Below, piece after piece: positions 24,722 to 34,157 of a DNA stretch of 64,000 nucleotides. The translations under genes were made by a program, and so were the position numbers. Position 1 is the first letter of the stretch. Every line of letters starts with the position of its first letter. The DNA is from an uncultured Gemmatimonadaceae bacterium (lineage in GTDB: Bacteria; Gemmatimonadota; Gemmatimonadetes; Gemmatimonadales; Gemmatimonadaceae), in the NCBI GenBank assembly GCA_963716745.1, contig OY970320.1, positions 2,368,001-2,432,000 of the forward strand, read 5' to 3'. Under the pieces are notes generated by a model that worked only from the letters and a program-made list of their open reading frames with translations, searched no databases and was not told the DNA's origin.

Positions 24722-25758
24722 AACGGCAGGGGCGTGAGTGGCGAATGCTGTGCGTGAGTGGGGCGATCGTTCTTGCGCTACCGTGCTCGGCACAGACCTC
24801 GGCGGCGACCACGCGCGCGTATGCGCTCGTCGCGCGCGGCGACACGATGCTTCTCGCCGGCCGGCTCTTCGGCGCGGACTCGGCCTACTACGCGGCGGCG
24901 CGGCTGGCGCCACACGATGGTGCCGTGCGCATGGCGCTGGGCCGCTACATGTTCGGACGCGGCGGCTGGCGCGTGGCGGCGGTGGCCATGGAGGAGGCGC
25001 GCCACTTCGGGGAGGATCCGGCGATCGTCGCCGTCGACATCGCGCCCGTGTACTCGATGCTCGGCATCGCCGATTCACTGCACAAACGCCCAGACGACTG
25101 GGCGGCGCTGGCCGCACTCCCGAGCGCGGCGGTGCCACTCGGCGAGCGGCTGCGCGCCGACTATCTGCACACGTCGCCGCCCGACATGCTGGGGCCCGAT
25201 TCGTCGATCGTGATGTACACCGTGAGCGACAGCCATCTGCTCGGGCGTGTGAAGCTCGCGATCGGCAATGACACTGTGTTCGCCGTGATCGACGCGCGCG
25301 TGCATGGGCTCGTGCTCGACACGTCGTGGATGCGGCGCGATTCCGTGGTGAAACGGTTCGGGCCCAAAGGATCTCGCGATCCCGCGCAGGTGTACGCCGT
25401 CATTTCGCGAGTGAAAATGGGCGACGTCACTTTCGTCAATGCGCCCGCGCGATTCCAGGGATTCAAGACGCCGGGGAACGCACTGATCGGCCTCGACGTG
25501 TTCGGCGCACTCGCGGCGACGTTCGACCCGCGCGTGGGTTATCTCATGGTGCGGAAGGGCGGCCGAGTGGGAAGCACGCTCCCCGGCTGGCGGATCCCGT
25601 CATTCTCCGGCAAGAACGGCGTGATGGTCGTGAAGGGCGACACGATGTTCCCAGTGGGTCATCCGGACGTGCAGCAGTATTTTCGCACCGGGAAATGGAC
25701 GTTTGATGCGAGGCATGGGGCGGTCGTGATCGATTCGGTGGGGGTGGCGGCGAACTAA
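24718..25758 (+). CDS. Exported hypothetical protein (TPR-like N-terminus, retropepsin-like C-terminal region)
   Basis: Signal-like N-terminus, helical repeats, FAVIDAR...ALIGLDVF segment. Confidence 0.6.
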   Translation: MKRQGREWRMLCVSGAIVLALPCSAQTSAATTRAYALVARGDTMLLAGRLFGADSAYYAAARLAPHDGAVRMALGRYMFGRGGWRVAAVAMEEARHFGEDPAIVAVDIAPVYSMLGIADSLHKRPDDWAALAALPSAAVPLGERLRADYLHTSPPDMLGPDSSIVMYTVSDSHLLGRVKLAIGNDTVFAVIDARVHGLVLDTSWMRRDSVVKRFGPKGSRDPAQVYAVISRVKMGDVTFVNAPARFQGFKTPGNALIGLDVFGALAATFDPRVGYLMVRKGGRVGSTLPGWRIPSFSGKNGVMVVKGDTMFPVGHPDVQQYFRTGKWTFDARHGAVVIDSVGVAAN

Positions 25759-25865
25759 CAGCGGGCTGTCGGCTGTTGGCTGTTGCCTTCTACGACGAAG
25801 GGCTCCCCACTTCCGGGAGCCCTTCGTATTCGCAGGCGACAGCCGACAGCCGACAGCCCGCAGTT
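25757..25865. repeat. Palindromic repeat, family D, with nested GAAGGGCTCCC hairpin
   Basis: (ggctgty)x3 left arm and (gacagcc)x3 right arm ending GCAGTT; inner 13-bp stem at 25795-25827. Confidence 0.93.
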
Positions 25866-25874
25866 CGTCGCTGT

Positions 25875-26273
25875 TTATCCCCCGACAGTGAACGTCTTCG
25901 TCGCGAGCACGGCGCCCGTGGCATCCAGCACCGTCACCTTCCACTCGCCGGTCCAGTCGGCGGGGATGGTCTTGCGGCTGTACGTGCGCCATGGCGAGCC
26001 GCTGACGTTGAGCGTCACGGTGTCGGTGTGCGGGCCGTGGCTCCAGACGTGCATGATCTTGCTTCCCGATGCGCCGCTGACGTTGCTCAGCGCGACGAGC
26101 ATGCCGACACTCGCTGGAAACGTCGAGCCGGTGTCGGTAACTGCGCGGTTCTCGAGCGTCTTGCCGACCACGACGTCCGCCATGATGGTCGGGGCCGGCG
26201 CTGAGGCTGGCGCTTGCACGGCCGCCATGAGTGCCACGACGCCGATGAGGGCCAGCAACTTGCCTGTGCGCAT
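25875..26273 (-). CDS. DUF2914-like exported protein
   Basis: Signal peptide; HVW, WRTYSRK and GEWKVTVLD motifs. Confidence 0.8.
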   Translation of the reverse strand: MRTGKLLALIGVVALMAAVQAPASAPAPTIMADVVVGKTLENRAVTDTGSTFPASVGMLVALSNVSGASGSKIMHVWSHGPHTDTVTLNVSGSPWRTYSRKTIPADWTGEWKVTVLDATGAVLATKTFTVGG

Positions 26274-26301
26274 GAGATGATCTCCGAAGAGGTTCGGGGC
26301 A

Positions 26302-26337
26302 GTCTAACGTCTAGGTCTAACGTCTCAGTCTGCAGTT
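26302..26337. repeat. Solo family C arm
   Basis: gtctaacgtctaggtctaacgtctcagtctgcagtt. Confidence 0.88.
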
Positions 26338-27179
26338 CAGCTCCCAAGCCCGTGCAAATACGCGTAGACCGCGGCGATCTCGGAGTCGGTGAATTGCGAG
26401 AACTGCTCCTTCGCCACCTCCGACATCGTCGGGAGCTTCGGATTCCCCGGTGCGACGCCGGTGCGCATCAACGTCGCGAACTCCCCCGGGGAGAATCCCT
26501 TCACGATGCGGAGGTCCGGCGTCGGCATGAATCCGTCGCCCCGCAGCTGCGCGCCATGGCATTCGGTGCAGGTGGTCTGGACGAGGTAGCGGCCGCGCTC
26601 GGCCAACGAATCGGTGGCGGCGGGCAGCGGCAGCCACCCCGAGATGATCTGCGGCTGCGTCCTGAATTTTCCCGCGACGACGCCGAAGCGCCCGAGCGGC
26701 CCCATCGCCAGGCCCGGTTCGAATCCATCGACAGCTGGCACGCTGCGCACGTACGCCAGGATATGAGCGAGATCGGCATCGGTCAGATACTGGAACGTGG
26801 CGGCCGGCATCGCGAACACGCCGCGCCCGCCGGGGCGCATGCCGTGGCGCATGATCTGCGCCAGTTGGGCATCGCTGTACCGTTTGACGCTGTGCGTGAG
26901 GTTGGGCGCGATGAGCCGCGCGACGCCCTTCTGATCGAAGAAGTTCGTGCCCTGCAGTTGCTTGCCATGGCACCCTTCACATCCGCGGATGACCGCCAAT
27001 CGGTGTCCCTCGGCGATCGACGCCGAGTCCGTGGGAAGCACCAGCGCGACGGCCGCGGGCTCGGGCCACACTCTGTTGATCTTCTTCTCGGAGATCAGGT
27101 AGATCGCGGTGTACGCGATGATCGCGAGCACGACCACGCTCGTCGCCGCAATGCGCAGCCATTTCAACGCACCGCTCAT
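26337..27179 (-). CDS. Membrane-anchored diheme cytochrome c
   Basis: N-terminal TM helix; CEGCH and CTECH motifs, each followed by a distal Met. Confidence 0.9.
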   Translation of the reverse strand: MSGALKWLRIAATSVVVLAIIAYTAIYLISEKKINRVWPEPAAVALVLPTDSASIAEGHRLAVIRGCEGCHGKQLQGTNFFDQKGVARLIAPNLTHSVKRYSDAQLAQIMRHGMRPGGRGVFAMPAATFQYLTDADLAHILAYVRSVPAVDGFEPGLAMGPLGRFGVVAGKFRTQPQIISGWLPLPAATDSLAERGRYLVQTTCTECHGAQLRGDGFMPTPDLRIVKGFSPGEFATLMRTGVAPGNPKLPTMSEVAKEQFSQFTDSEIAAVYAYLHGLGS

Positions 27180-28489
27180 TTCTTGCCCTTGGAATCGGAG
27201 TCGCTGTCGAGCATGCCGCCCTTCGCGACCATCTGCGCCGCGAGCACGGTGCGGATCACCTGTGTGATGTCGTTCGCGGTCGTTTCGGGCGCGCCTTTCT
27301 CGCCGCCGCTCGAGAACGTGATGAACTTCGCATCGCTCAACGCCGCCGCGATCGCGGGCATGATGGTCGGTATCATCTCGATCTGCCGGTAGCGGAAGTA
27401 CGCTTCGCCGCCGGCCTGGATCGCCTGGTTCACCCGCTGAATACTCTCGGCGGTCGCCTCGGCCACCTTCCTGATCTTGATCGCGTCGGCGTCGGCGCTC
27501 GCCTCGGCCTCGAGACGCACCTTCGCGGCGTCGGCCTTCGCCTGCGCGATCTGCGTGGCGTCCAGCTCGGCTTCACGCTGCAGACCCGAGGCTTGCTGTC
27601 TCTTGGCCTCCGCCTCGGCGATGAGCGCGGCGTTGCTGGCCTTGGTCTGCTCGAGTTCGCGCTGCTTGTCGCTGATGGCGCGCTCGGCGTCGAGCTGCGC
27701 TTCTTTCGCGCGGCGCGACTGCATGGCGGCCACGATCTCGGCGTTCGCGCTCGCTTCCGCGGCCGATTGCCGGCGCCGTGCTTCCGCGACTTCCGACTGC
27801 ACGATCTTGATGTTCAGCGAATTGAAGATGAGGCCGAGATCGGTGAGTTCGCGCGAGCACGCCTTGCGAATGATCACCGCGAGCGGATCGTCATCATCTT
27901 CGATCGACGTTCCGCTGGCGTCGGTGTGCATCACCGGCGCGGGAGGCGGCGCGACGCGCACGGGTGCGGTGCCGGCGGGGCCGGGGAGGAGCGCGCGCGA
28001 TGCGCTCGGCGTGGCCTTGGCCGAGAACAATTGGTCGTGCGACAGCAGGTTGATCGCGCGGCGGCCCGAGCTGGAGAGCAGATCGGTGAGCGTGCTCACC
28101 TGGTCGGCCTCGCGCTTGGAGAAGAAGCGATTGGCGGCGGTCTTGATCAGCGTATCGGTGTCGCCCACGGAGACGATCGCGCTCGCGAGCACGCGCACCT
28201 TGATCGGGCGCGGCGTGCCGTTCTCGTCGATGTCGGAGGTCTGGTCGGTGATGTCGAGGTCGACGTTGATGACCTTGCTCGAGATCGTGGTGCCGGTGGT
28301 GAAGAGCGGGATCTCCTTGGATTTCCCGGGCCCGCGGTAGATGATCGTGCCGCCGCCGAGCCAGCTGACGAGGCGGATCTCACCGGCGTCCACATCGCGC
28401 AGGAACTTCGACACGATGAGGGGCACGGCTACGAGCACGAAGACGAGGACGCCGGCAATGATCACGCCGCTCGACATGAGCGAATCCAT
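27176..28489 (-). CDS. Flotillin-like SPFH domain protein
   Basis: N-terminal TM, SPFH-like domain, AEA-rich coiled coil; located next to an NfeD-like gene. Confidence 0.8.
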   Translation of the reverse strand: MDSLMSSGVIIAGVLVFVLVAVPLIVSKFLRDVDAGEIRLVSWLGGGTIIYRGPGKSKEIPLFTTGTTISSKVINVDLDITDQTSDIDENGTPRPIKVRVLASAIVSVGDTDTLIKTAANRFFSKREADQVSTLTDLLSSSGRRAINLLSHDQLFSAKATPSASRALLPGPAGTAPVRVAPPPAPVMHTDASGTSIEDDDDPLAVIIRKACSRELTDLGLIFNSLNIKIVQSEVAEARRRQSAAEASANAEIVAAMQSRRAKEAQLDAERAISDKQRELEQTKASNAALIAEAEAKRQQASGLQREAELDATQIAQAKADAAKVRLEAEASADADAIKIRKVAEATAESIQRVNQAIQAGGEAYFRYRQIEMIPTIMPAIAAALSDAKFITFSSGGEKGAPETTANDITQVIRTVLAAQMVAKGGMLDSDSDSKGKK

Positions 28490-28516
28490 ACAGAGAGCTC
28501 CCGGAGAGTGAGACGG

Positions 28517-29116
28517 TTAAACGAGCGACACGGTGCAGCGATTCCGCGCGGCGTCCACCTGCTCAATGCGCACGCGCGTGCCGGCCGGTACGCGGGTGTT
28601 GAGCGCGAGATCGGTCTTCTGGAGCGTGCCGAGGATCTGCACGAGCTGGCCGTCGACTTCGATGGCGACGAGCCCTTGCCCGTTCTTGTCGAAATTGCTC
28701 GCGACCGTGGCCTCGCTGCCGAGTGCGCTCTCGAGCGTAAGGGCGGGCGCGGACTCGAAGCGGAGCGCCTGATTCCAGAGGGGCGCGACGATGAGGCGTT
28801 CGAAGATGAGCCCGCCCACTGCCGCGGCGGCGAGGAGCAACGTGCCGCTGAAGTATCGCTGCATGAATACGCCGCTCGTGCCGATCCCGAGACAGAGCGC
28901 GAACAGGATGCGCGGCGAGACGAGCGCCGAGAGCGACTTGGAGGCGGATTCCTTGATGGACGGATGATGCGCGCCGCCGTGGGCGTGCCCGTGGGCTGCG
29001 TGCCCGTGGCCGGCGTGGCTCGCGTGCCCGCGGGCACCGTGGCGAGCGCCACCCACGAAGGCCATGGCCGCGAGGCCAAGTCCGCCGAGGACCAACAACA
29101 ACATGTAGGGGTCCAT
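28517..29116 (-). CDS. NfeD-like membrane protein with His-rich loop
   Basis: Three TM segments, C-terminal OB-fold-like region (GLVAIEVDGQ...GTRVRIEQVD), His/Gly/Ala-rich loop. Confidence 0.75.
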   Translation of the reverse strand: MDPYMLLLVLGGLGLAAMAFVGGARHGARGHASHAGHGHAAHGHAHGGAHHPSIKESASKSLSALVSPRILFALCLGIGTSGVFMQRYFSGTLLLAAAAVGGLIFERLIVAPLWNQALRFESAPALTLESALGSEATVASNFDKNGQGLVAIEVDGQLVQILGTLQKTDLALNTRVPAGTRVRIEQVDAARNRCTVSLV

Positions 29117-29134
29117 GGGGGATACGCTATGACG

Positions 29135-29238
29135 CGAACGACGACGGCGGAAGGGCGGACTGTCGGCTGTCGGCTGTTGCGTGCGAACTGCTCGACCGCC
29201 GGGCTGGCGACAGCCGACAGCCAACAGCCCGTCGTTCG
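29135..29238. repeat. Palindromic repeat, family D
   Basis: gcggactgtcggctgtcggctgttgc ... gcgacagccgacagccaacagcccgt. Confidence 0.9.
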
Positions 29239-29242
29239 AGTA

Positions 29243-29278
29243 GTCTAACGTCCCAGTCTAGAGTCTAAGTCTGCAGTT
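29243..29278. repeat. Solo family C arm
   Basis: gtctaacgtcccagtctagagtctaagtctgcagtt. Confidence 0.82.
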
Positions 29279-29336
29279 GGTTAGATTTAGAACTCTGCAA
29301 CAAACACTTTAGTTCGCTCCAAAGAGACCCCCAAAA

Positions 29337-30485
29337 ATGCGAATGCTCGTCCTTGGGGCCGGCCTTCAGGGTTCGGCCTGTGCCTATGATCTGCTCCAGA
29401 ATCCCGATGTGAAGGAGGTCCGGCTCGCGGATCTGCACATCACGCACCTGCCGGAATTCCTCGCGCCGTATTCGGGGAAGCGGCTCATCCCGACGCCGCT
29501 CGACGTGCGCGACCGCGATGCGGTGCTCGCGCTGATGAAGGAATCGGACGCGGTGATGAGCGCGATCCCGTACTACTTCAATCTCGATCTCGCGAAGCTC
29601 GCGGTGGAAGCGGGCACGAACTTCTGCGACCTGGGCGGCAACACCGAGATCGTCTTCCAGCAGAAGCAGCTGAGCGAGAAGGCGGCGGCGAAGGGGAAGA
29701 CGATCATCCCCGACTGCGGCCTCGCGCCGGGCATGGTGAACATCCTGGCGCAGCACGGCATCAGCAAGCTCGACAGCGTGAACAGCGTGAAGATCTTCGT
29801 GGGCGGGCTGCCGCAGCATCCGGAGCCGCCGCTCAACTATCAGATCGTCTATTCGCTGGAGGGCGTGCTCGATTATTACACGACGCTCTCATGGGTCGTG
29901 CGCGACGGCAAGCGCACGCAGGTGAAGGCGCTCTCCGAGCGCGAGCCGGTGGAGTTCCCGAATCCGGTGGGGATGCTCGAAGCGTTCCACACCGCGGGCG
30001 GGCTGACCACCATGGCGTGGCGTTACGAGGGGAAGATCCCGAGCATGGAATACAAGACGCTCCGGTATCCCGGGCATGCGCACATCATGGAAGCCATTCG
30101 TGAGCTGGGACTGCTCGATCTCGCGCCGGTGGATGTGAAGGGGACGAAAGTGATCCCGCGCGATGTGACCGTGGCGACGATGGGCCCGCGGCTCACGAAG
30201 CCGACGGGGCGCGATCTCGTGGCGCTGCGCGTGGTGGTGGACGGCATGAAAGCCGGCAAGTCCGCGAGAGTGGGCTGGGAGCTGATCGCATACTACGACG
30301 AAGCGCGCGGCATTTCCGCGATGATGCAGACGACGGGCTATTCACTCTCGATCACCGGGCAGATGCAGGCGCGCGGCGAGATCAAGCCGGCGGGTGTGCA
30401 TACGCCGGATGAGTGTGTTCCGGCGGACGAGTACATCGCGGCGCTGGATAAGCGGGGCGTGCACATCAAGGAGATGAAGTTCTAA
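29337..30485 (+). CDS. Saccharopine dehydrogenase / lysine 6-dehydrogenase family oxidoreductase
   Basis: VLGAGLQG, DCGLAPG, VGGLP, YKTLRYPGH and AMMQTTG motifs. Confidence 0.9.
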   Translation: MRMLVLGAGLQGSACAYDLLQNPDVKEVRLADLHITHLPEFLAPYSGKRLIPTPLDVRDRDAVLALMKESDAVMSAIPYYFNLDLAKLAVEAGTNFCDLGGNTEIVFQQKQLSEKAAAKGKTIIPDCGLAPGMVNILAQHGISKLDSVNSVKIFVGGLPQHPEPPLNYQIVYSLEGVLDYYTTLSWVVRDGKRTQVKALSEREPVEFPNPVGMLEAFHTAGGLTTMAWRYEGKIPSMEYKTLRYPGHAHIMEAIRELGLLDLAPVDVKGTKVIPRDVTVATMGPRLTKPTGRDLVALRVVVDGMKAGKSARVGWELIAYYDEARGISAMMQTTGYSLSITGQMQARGEIKPAGVHTPDECVPADEYIAALDKRGVHIKEMKF

Positions 30486-30612
30486 CTGCAGGATATCGGC
30501 TGTCTGGGCCGCAGGGACATTCGGGGCCTCCAGAGTTACTTCGGGGGCCCTTCTTGCTTCCTATAGAGGGGAGCGGCAAGCTCCTCGCGACCCAACTCAA
30601 TCGGAGATCTTC

Positions 30613-31265
30613 ATGACGGGGCCATCCGGGCTGCAGTTCGACAAGGTGGAAGGCGGCGGTTCGATGACGTGCGTCATGTGCAAGTCGAAGATCACCGACG
30701 CGTACTATCAACTGAACGGCAGACCGATCTGCGCATCGTGCAAGGTGAAAGCCGACGCACAGATCGCGGATATCAAAGCGCGAGGCACCAGCCCCGGCGC
30801 GATGTCGAGAGCCGTGATCTTCGGAGTGGGCGCGGCGATCGCCGGTGCGATCGTCTATTTCGCGGTGGCTGCGTATGCGCATCTCGAGATCGGGATCATC
30901 GCGGTCGCGATCGGATACATGGTCGGTTCGGCGATGCGCAAAGCGACCGGGGGTGTCGGCGGCCGTCGCTACCAGATCATCGCGGTCGTGCTGACGTACC
31001 TGTCGGTCGCGGCGGCGTACGCCGCGCTCGGCAATCAGAGGTCGCCGCCGATTCGGAGCTCACCTCGGCCATGATCACGAGGTTGCTCATCATCTCGCCG
31101 GCGCTTCCGCTCATCGTGGTGTTCAAGTCGGGTGCGGGTGGCATCCTCACCGCGATCATCATCGGCGTCGGACTGATGCAGGCGTGGCGCATGACGGCGG
31201 GCGCCGTATTCAAGATCAGCGGGCCGTACAAGATCGGGGCGGCGCCGCGCGCCGCGTCAACGTAG
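30613..31265 (+). CDS. Hypothetical membrane protein with N-terminal CxxC/CxxC; apparent frameshift near 31045
   Basis: CVMC..CASC followed by TM helices; C-terminus continues in the frame of ORF 30669..31265. Confidence 0.7.
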
Positions 31266-31268
31266 CAG

Positions 31269-32253
31269 GTGCCGACACTCGATCCGCTGAGCGCGTCGCG
31301 CTGTGCGAACTGTGGGACGGAGCTGCCGCCGCATGCCCTGAGCTGCGGCGTGTGCGGCACGCTCGTGTACGCAGCGAAGCTGAAGGAGCTCGCCGCCACC
31401 GCCGAGCGCGCCGCCGCGGCTGGTGACCTCGGCGCCGCGCGCGCCGCGTGGGAGAGCGCGCTGCGCTGGCTTGCCGCAGGGCTCGCACAGTATCGACGAT
31501 CCAGCAGCACGTCGCCGAACTCACGAAGCAAGGCGCGGGACGCCGGCGCCGGCAGCGGCGCACAGGATAACGCGGCCATGGTGGAAGCGCGGCGCGGCCG
31601 GACTCGTCGCGATCGTCGTGCTGGCGCTGAGCAAGCTGAAATTCCTCCTGCTCGGACTCACGAAGATCGGCACGCTGGTGTCGATGTTCGCGATTCTTCG
31701 CGATCTATTGGGCCATCTACGGCTGGCCGCTGGCGCTCGGGCTCCTGCTCTCGATCTACATCCATGAGATGGGTCACGTGGCGGAGATCCGCAGGGAGGG
31801 CATCATCGCGGGGGCGCCACTTTTCATGCCGGGTCTCGGCGCGTTCATCATGCTGAGGACTCACATCACCGATCCCAAGGCTCGACGCGCGGATCGGACT
31901 CGCCGGACCGGTGTGGGGTCTTGGAGCGGCACTCGCGGCGTACGCGGTTTTCCTCTACACGGGCATTCCGGTATGGGGAGCGATCGCGCAGCTCGGCGCG
32001 TTGGATCAATCTCTTCAATCTCGTCCCGGTCTGGCAGCTCGACGGGTCACGCGGATTCCACGCACTGGTCGACGTGGCAGCGATGGGTCGTGGTGGCCGC
32101 GCTCGGGATCGCGTGGTACTCCACGAATCTGCCGATGGTGGCGATCATCGGTGTGGTGGCCATCGTACAAAGCGTTCCAGAGGCCGGTCGCGACTGAGCC
32201 CGGACCAGAAGGCGCTCTCGACGTTCGTGATATTCATCGGCGCGTTGACCTGA
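31269..32253 (+). CDS. Site-2 protease (M50) family protein with zinc ribbon; multiple apparent frameshifts
   Basis: CANC..CGVC, IHEMGH, and NLFNLVPVWQLDG spread across different frames. Confidence 0.8.
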
Positions 32254-32304
32254 GTTGGCTGCGATGAGGCTGCCGCAGCCAATAGCCATTCATGGTGGAA
32301 GAAC

Positions 32305-32333
32305 GAAGGGCTCCCGATCCTCGGGAGCCCTTC
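32305..32333. terminator. Hairpin between convergent genes (GAAGGGCTCCC family)
   Basis: gaagggctcccga-tcc-tcgggagcccttc. Confidence 0.6.
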
Positions 32334-32375
32334 TCGCATTTAGGACGCACGACGCACGCTGTCCGAGGTGCTAGA

Positions 32376-33961
32376 TCATTCGCGCACGAAGGAAGCCAGC
32401 GTCGCGCCCATCGCGTCGATCGTCGCCTTCGCGTTCCCCCGGTCCCAGCCGTTGTAGATGAACGCGAACGCCAGCAGTTCGCCGTCCTGCGCGGTGACGT
32501 AGCCGCCGAGGGAGATCACGGTGTTCGTGGTGCCCGTCTTGGCGTGCAGGTTGCCTTGCGCCGGCGTTTCGCGCATGCGGTGCGCGAGCAGTTCCGTTTC
32601 GCCGGCGACGGGCAGCGATGCGTGGAACGCGTCGCTCCACTGGGTGCGGTGCGAGAAGGCGAGGAGCTGCACGAGCGAGCGCGGCGTCACGCGGTCGAGC
32701 GTGCTGAGGCCGCTGCCGTCGGTCGCGATCACGGCGGCGGAATCGACGCCGACCTTGCCCACGAGGAATCGCTGCAGCAGCGCGTTGCCCGACTCCGCGG
32801 AGCCGATGGAATCGGGCGCGGCGTTGCGCGCGGCGTCGCGGAAGATCAGTTCGGCGAAGTGGTTGATGCTCTCGCGATTCATCACGGAGAGCATCGCGCC
32901 GAGCGGCGGCGACGGCAGGTCGCCGACCTTGGTGCCGTGCACGGGGGCAGTGGCGAACTGCGTGGGCCCGTCGAATTTGATGCCGCGGTCGGCGAGCGCG
33001 CGGCGGAACGCGCCGGCGGTGAAGGCGGTGGGATCGGCGGCCACGAGCTCATAGCGGCGCTCGCCCGCGCGCGTGCCGATCCAGCCGTGCACTTCGATGG
33101 CGCCACCCTTGGTGGTCCACGCGCCGACGCGCGAGCCGCGGCTGTCGATCGTCTTCACGGTCACGCTGAGCGGGATGTCGCTCGCGGGCTCGAGGAAGAC
33201 GTCGGCCTTGCCGCCCACTTTGCCGGGGCGCACCACCACCTGCATCACGTTCTCGTTGAGCGAGAGCGCGGACACCGGCGCGGCGTACGCGGCGCTGCAG
33301 ATAGCGCCGTCTCCAACCTTCGGGGATGCGCTGCGGATCGAAGGCGCTCGCGTCGGCGATGAGGTGGCCCGTGACGCGCTTGATCCCTGCGTCGGAGACG
33401 AATTGTGCGAGGCGCTGCATGGGCGCGTTGGGGCCGCCCTCCACGAAGCGCGGTGAGAGTGCCGGATCGCCGTCGCCGCGCAGGACGAGATCGCCGTGCA
33501 GCGTGCCGTCGGGGGCGATGTCGCCGGTGCGCAGGACCTCGGTGCGGAACTGGTGCCCGGGGCCGAACTGATCGAGCGCGAGCGCGCTGGTGAAGAGCTT
33601 CATGTTCGACGCCGGCTGGAGCGCGGTGTCGGCATTGAGCGAGAAGAGCGTGTCGCCGCGCGAGAGCGAGATGACCATGACGCCCCAGCGTCCGCCGCGC
33701 TGCGGCGTGGTCGAGCAGGGACGCGATGTCGGTGCTGAGCGCGCCGGCGCTCGTGGGCGTGAAGAAGAGGACCGGCGCGGGCGCGGGAGGCGCTTTGCGC
33801 TTCTTCTTGTGGCGCGTGGTGGGCGTGCCGTCGACCACCTTCGTGTTCTTGATGGCCTTGACTGCGCTATCCGTGGACGCGCTGAGACTTGCCGGCGCGA
33901 AGATGCAGATCGCGGCAGTGAGGGTGAAGAGGATGGTCAGTTGGCGGCGGGCGTGGTGCAT
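32376..33961 (-). CDS. dacB: D-Ala-D-Ala carboxypeptidase/endopeptidase PBP4 (S13); apparent frameshifts near 33300 and 33700
   Basis: PASNMK (SxxK), GDGDP, ESIN (SxN), DGSGLS and AKTGT across three ORFs; signal peptide from ATG 33961. Confidence 0.9.
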
Positions 33962-34059
33962 GCTTTGGGACTGCTGGAGGTTGTGGCCGTACAAGCACTT
34001 ACGAGTGGGGACTCGGAAGGTCACATGGAAAGATAATCGGTGCGCAGCGAAAAACGGCT

Positions 34060-34150
34060 TTGACAGGATTAACATGATGAACCTGCAGGATTAACGTGAT
34101 GAAGCTGATGGAACGGCGCTCCATCAGCTTCATCATGTTGATCCTGTCAA
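34060..34150. repeat. AT-rich palindromic repeat, family F (22-nt direct repeat plus one inverted copy)
   Basis: caggattaacRtgatgaaSctg at 34064 and 34086; inverted copy at 34125-34146; outer ttgacagg/cctgtcaa. Confidence 0.9.
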
Positions 34151-34157
34151 GTTTTTC

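Noticed and set aside
34060..34150. Sigma-70 promoters from the two TTGACA hexamers
   Set aside because: No credible -10 element at 16-18 nt on either strand; the hexamers are part of the inverted repeat.
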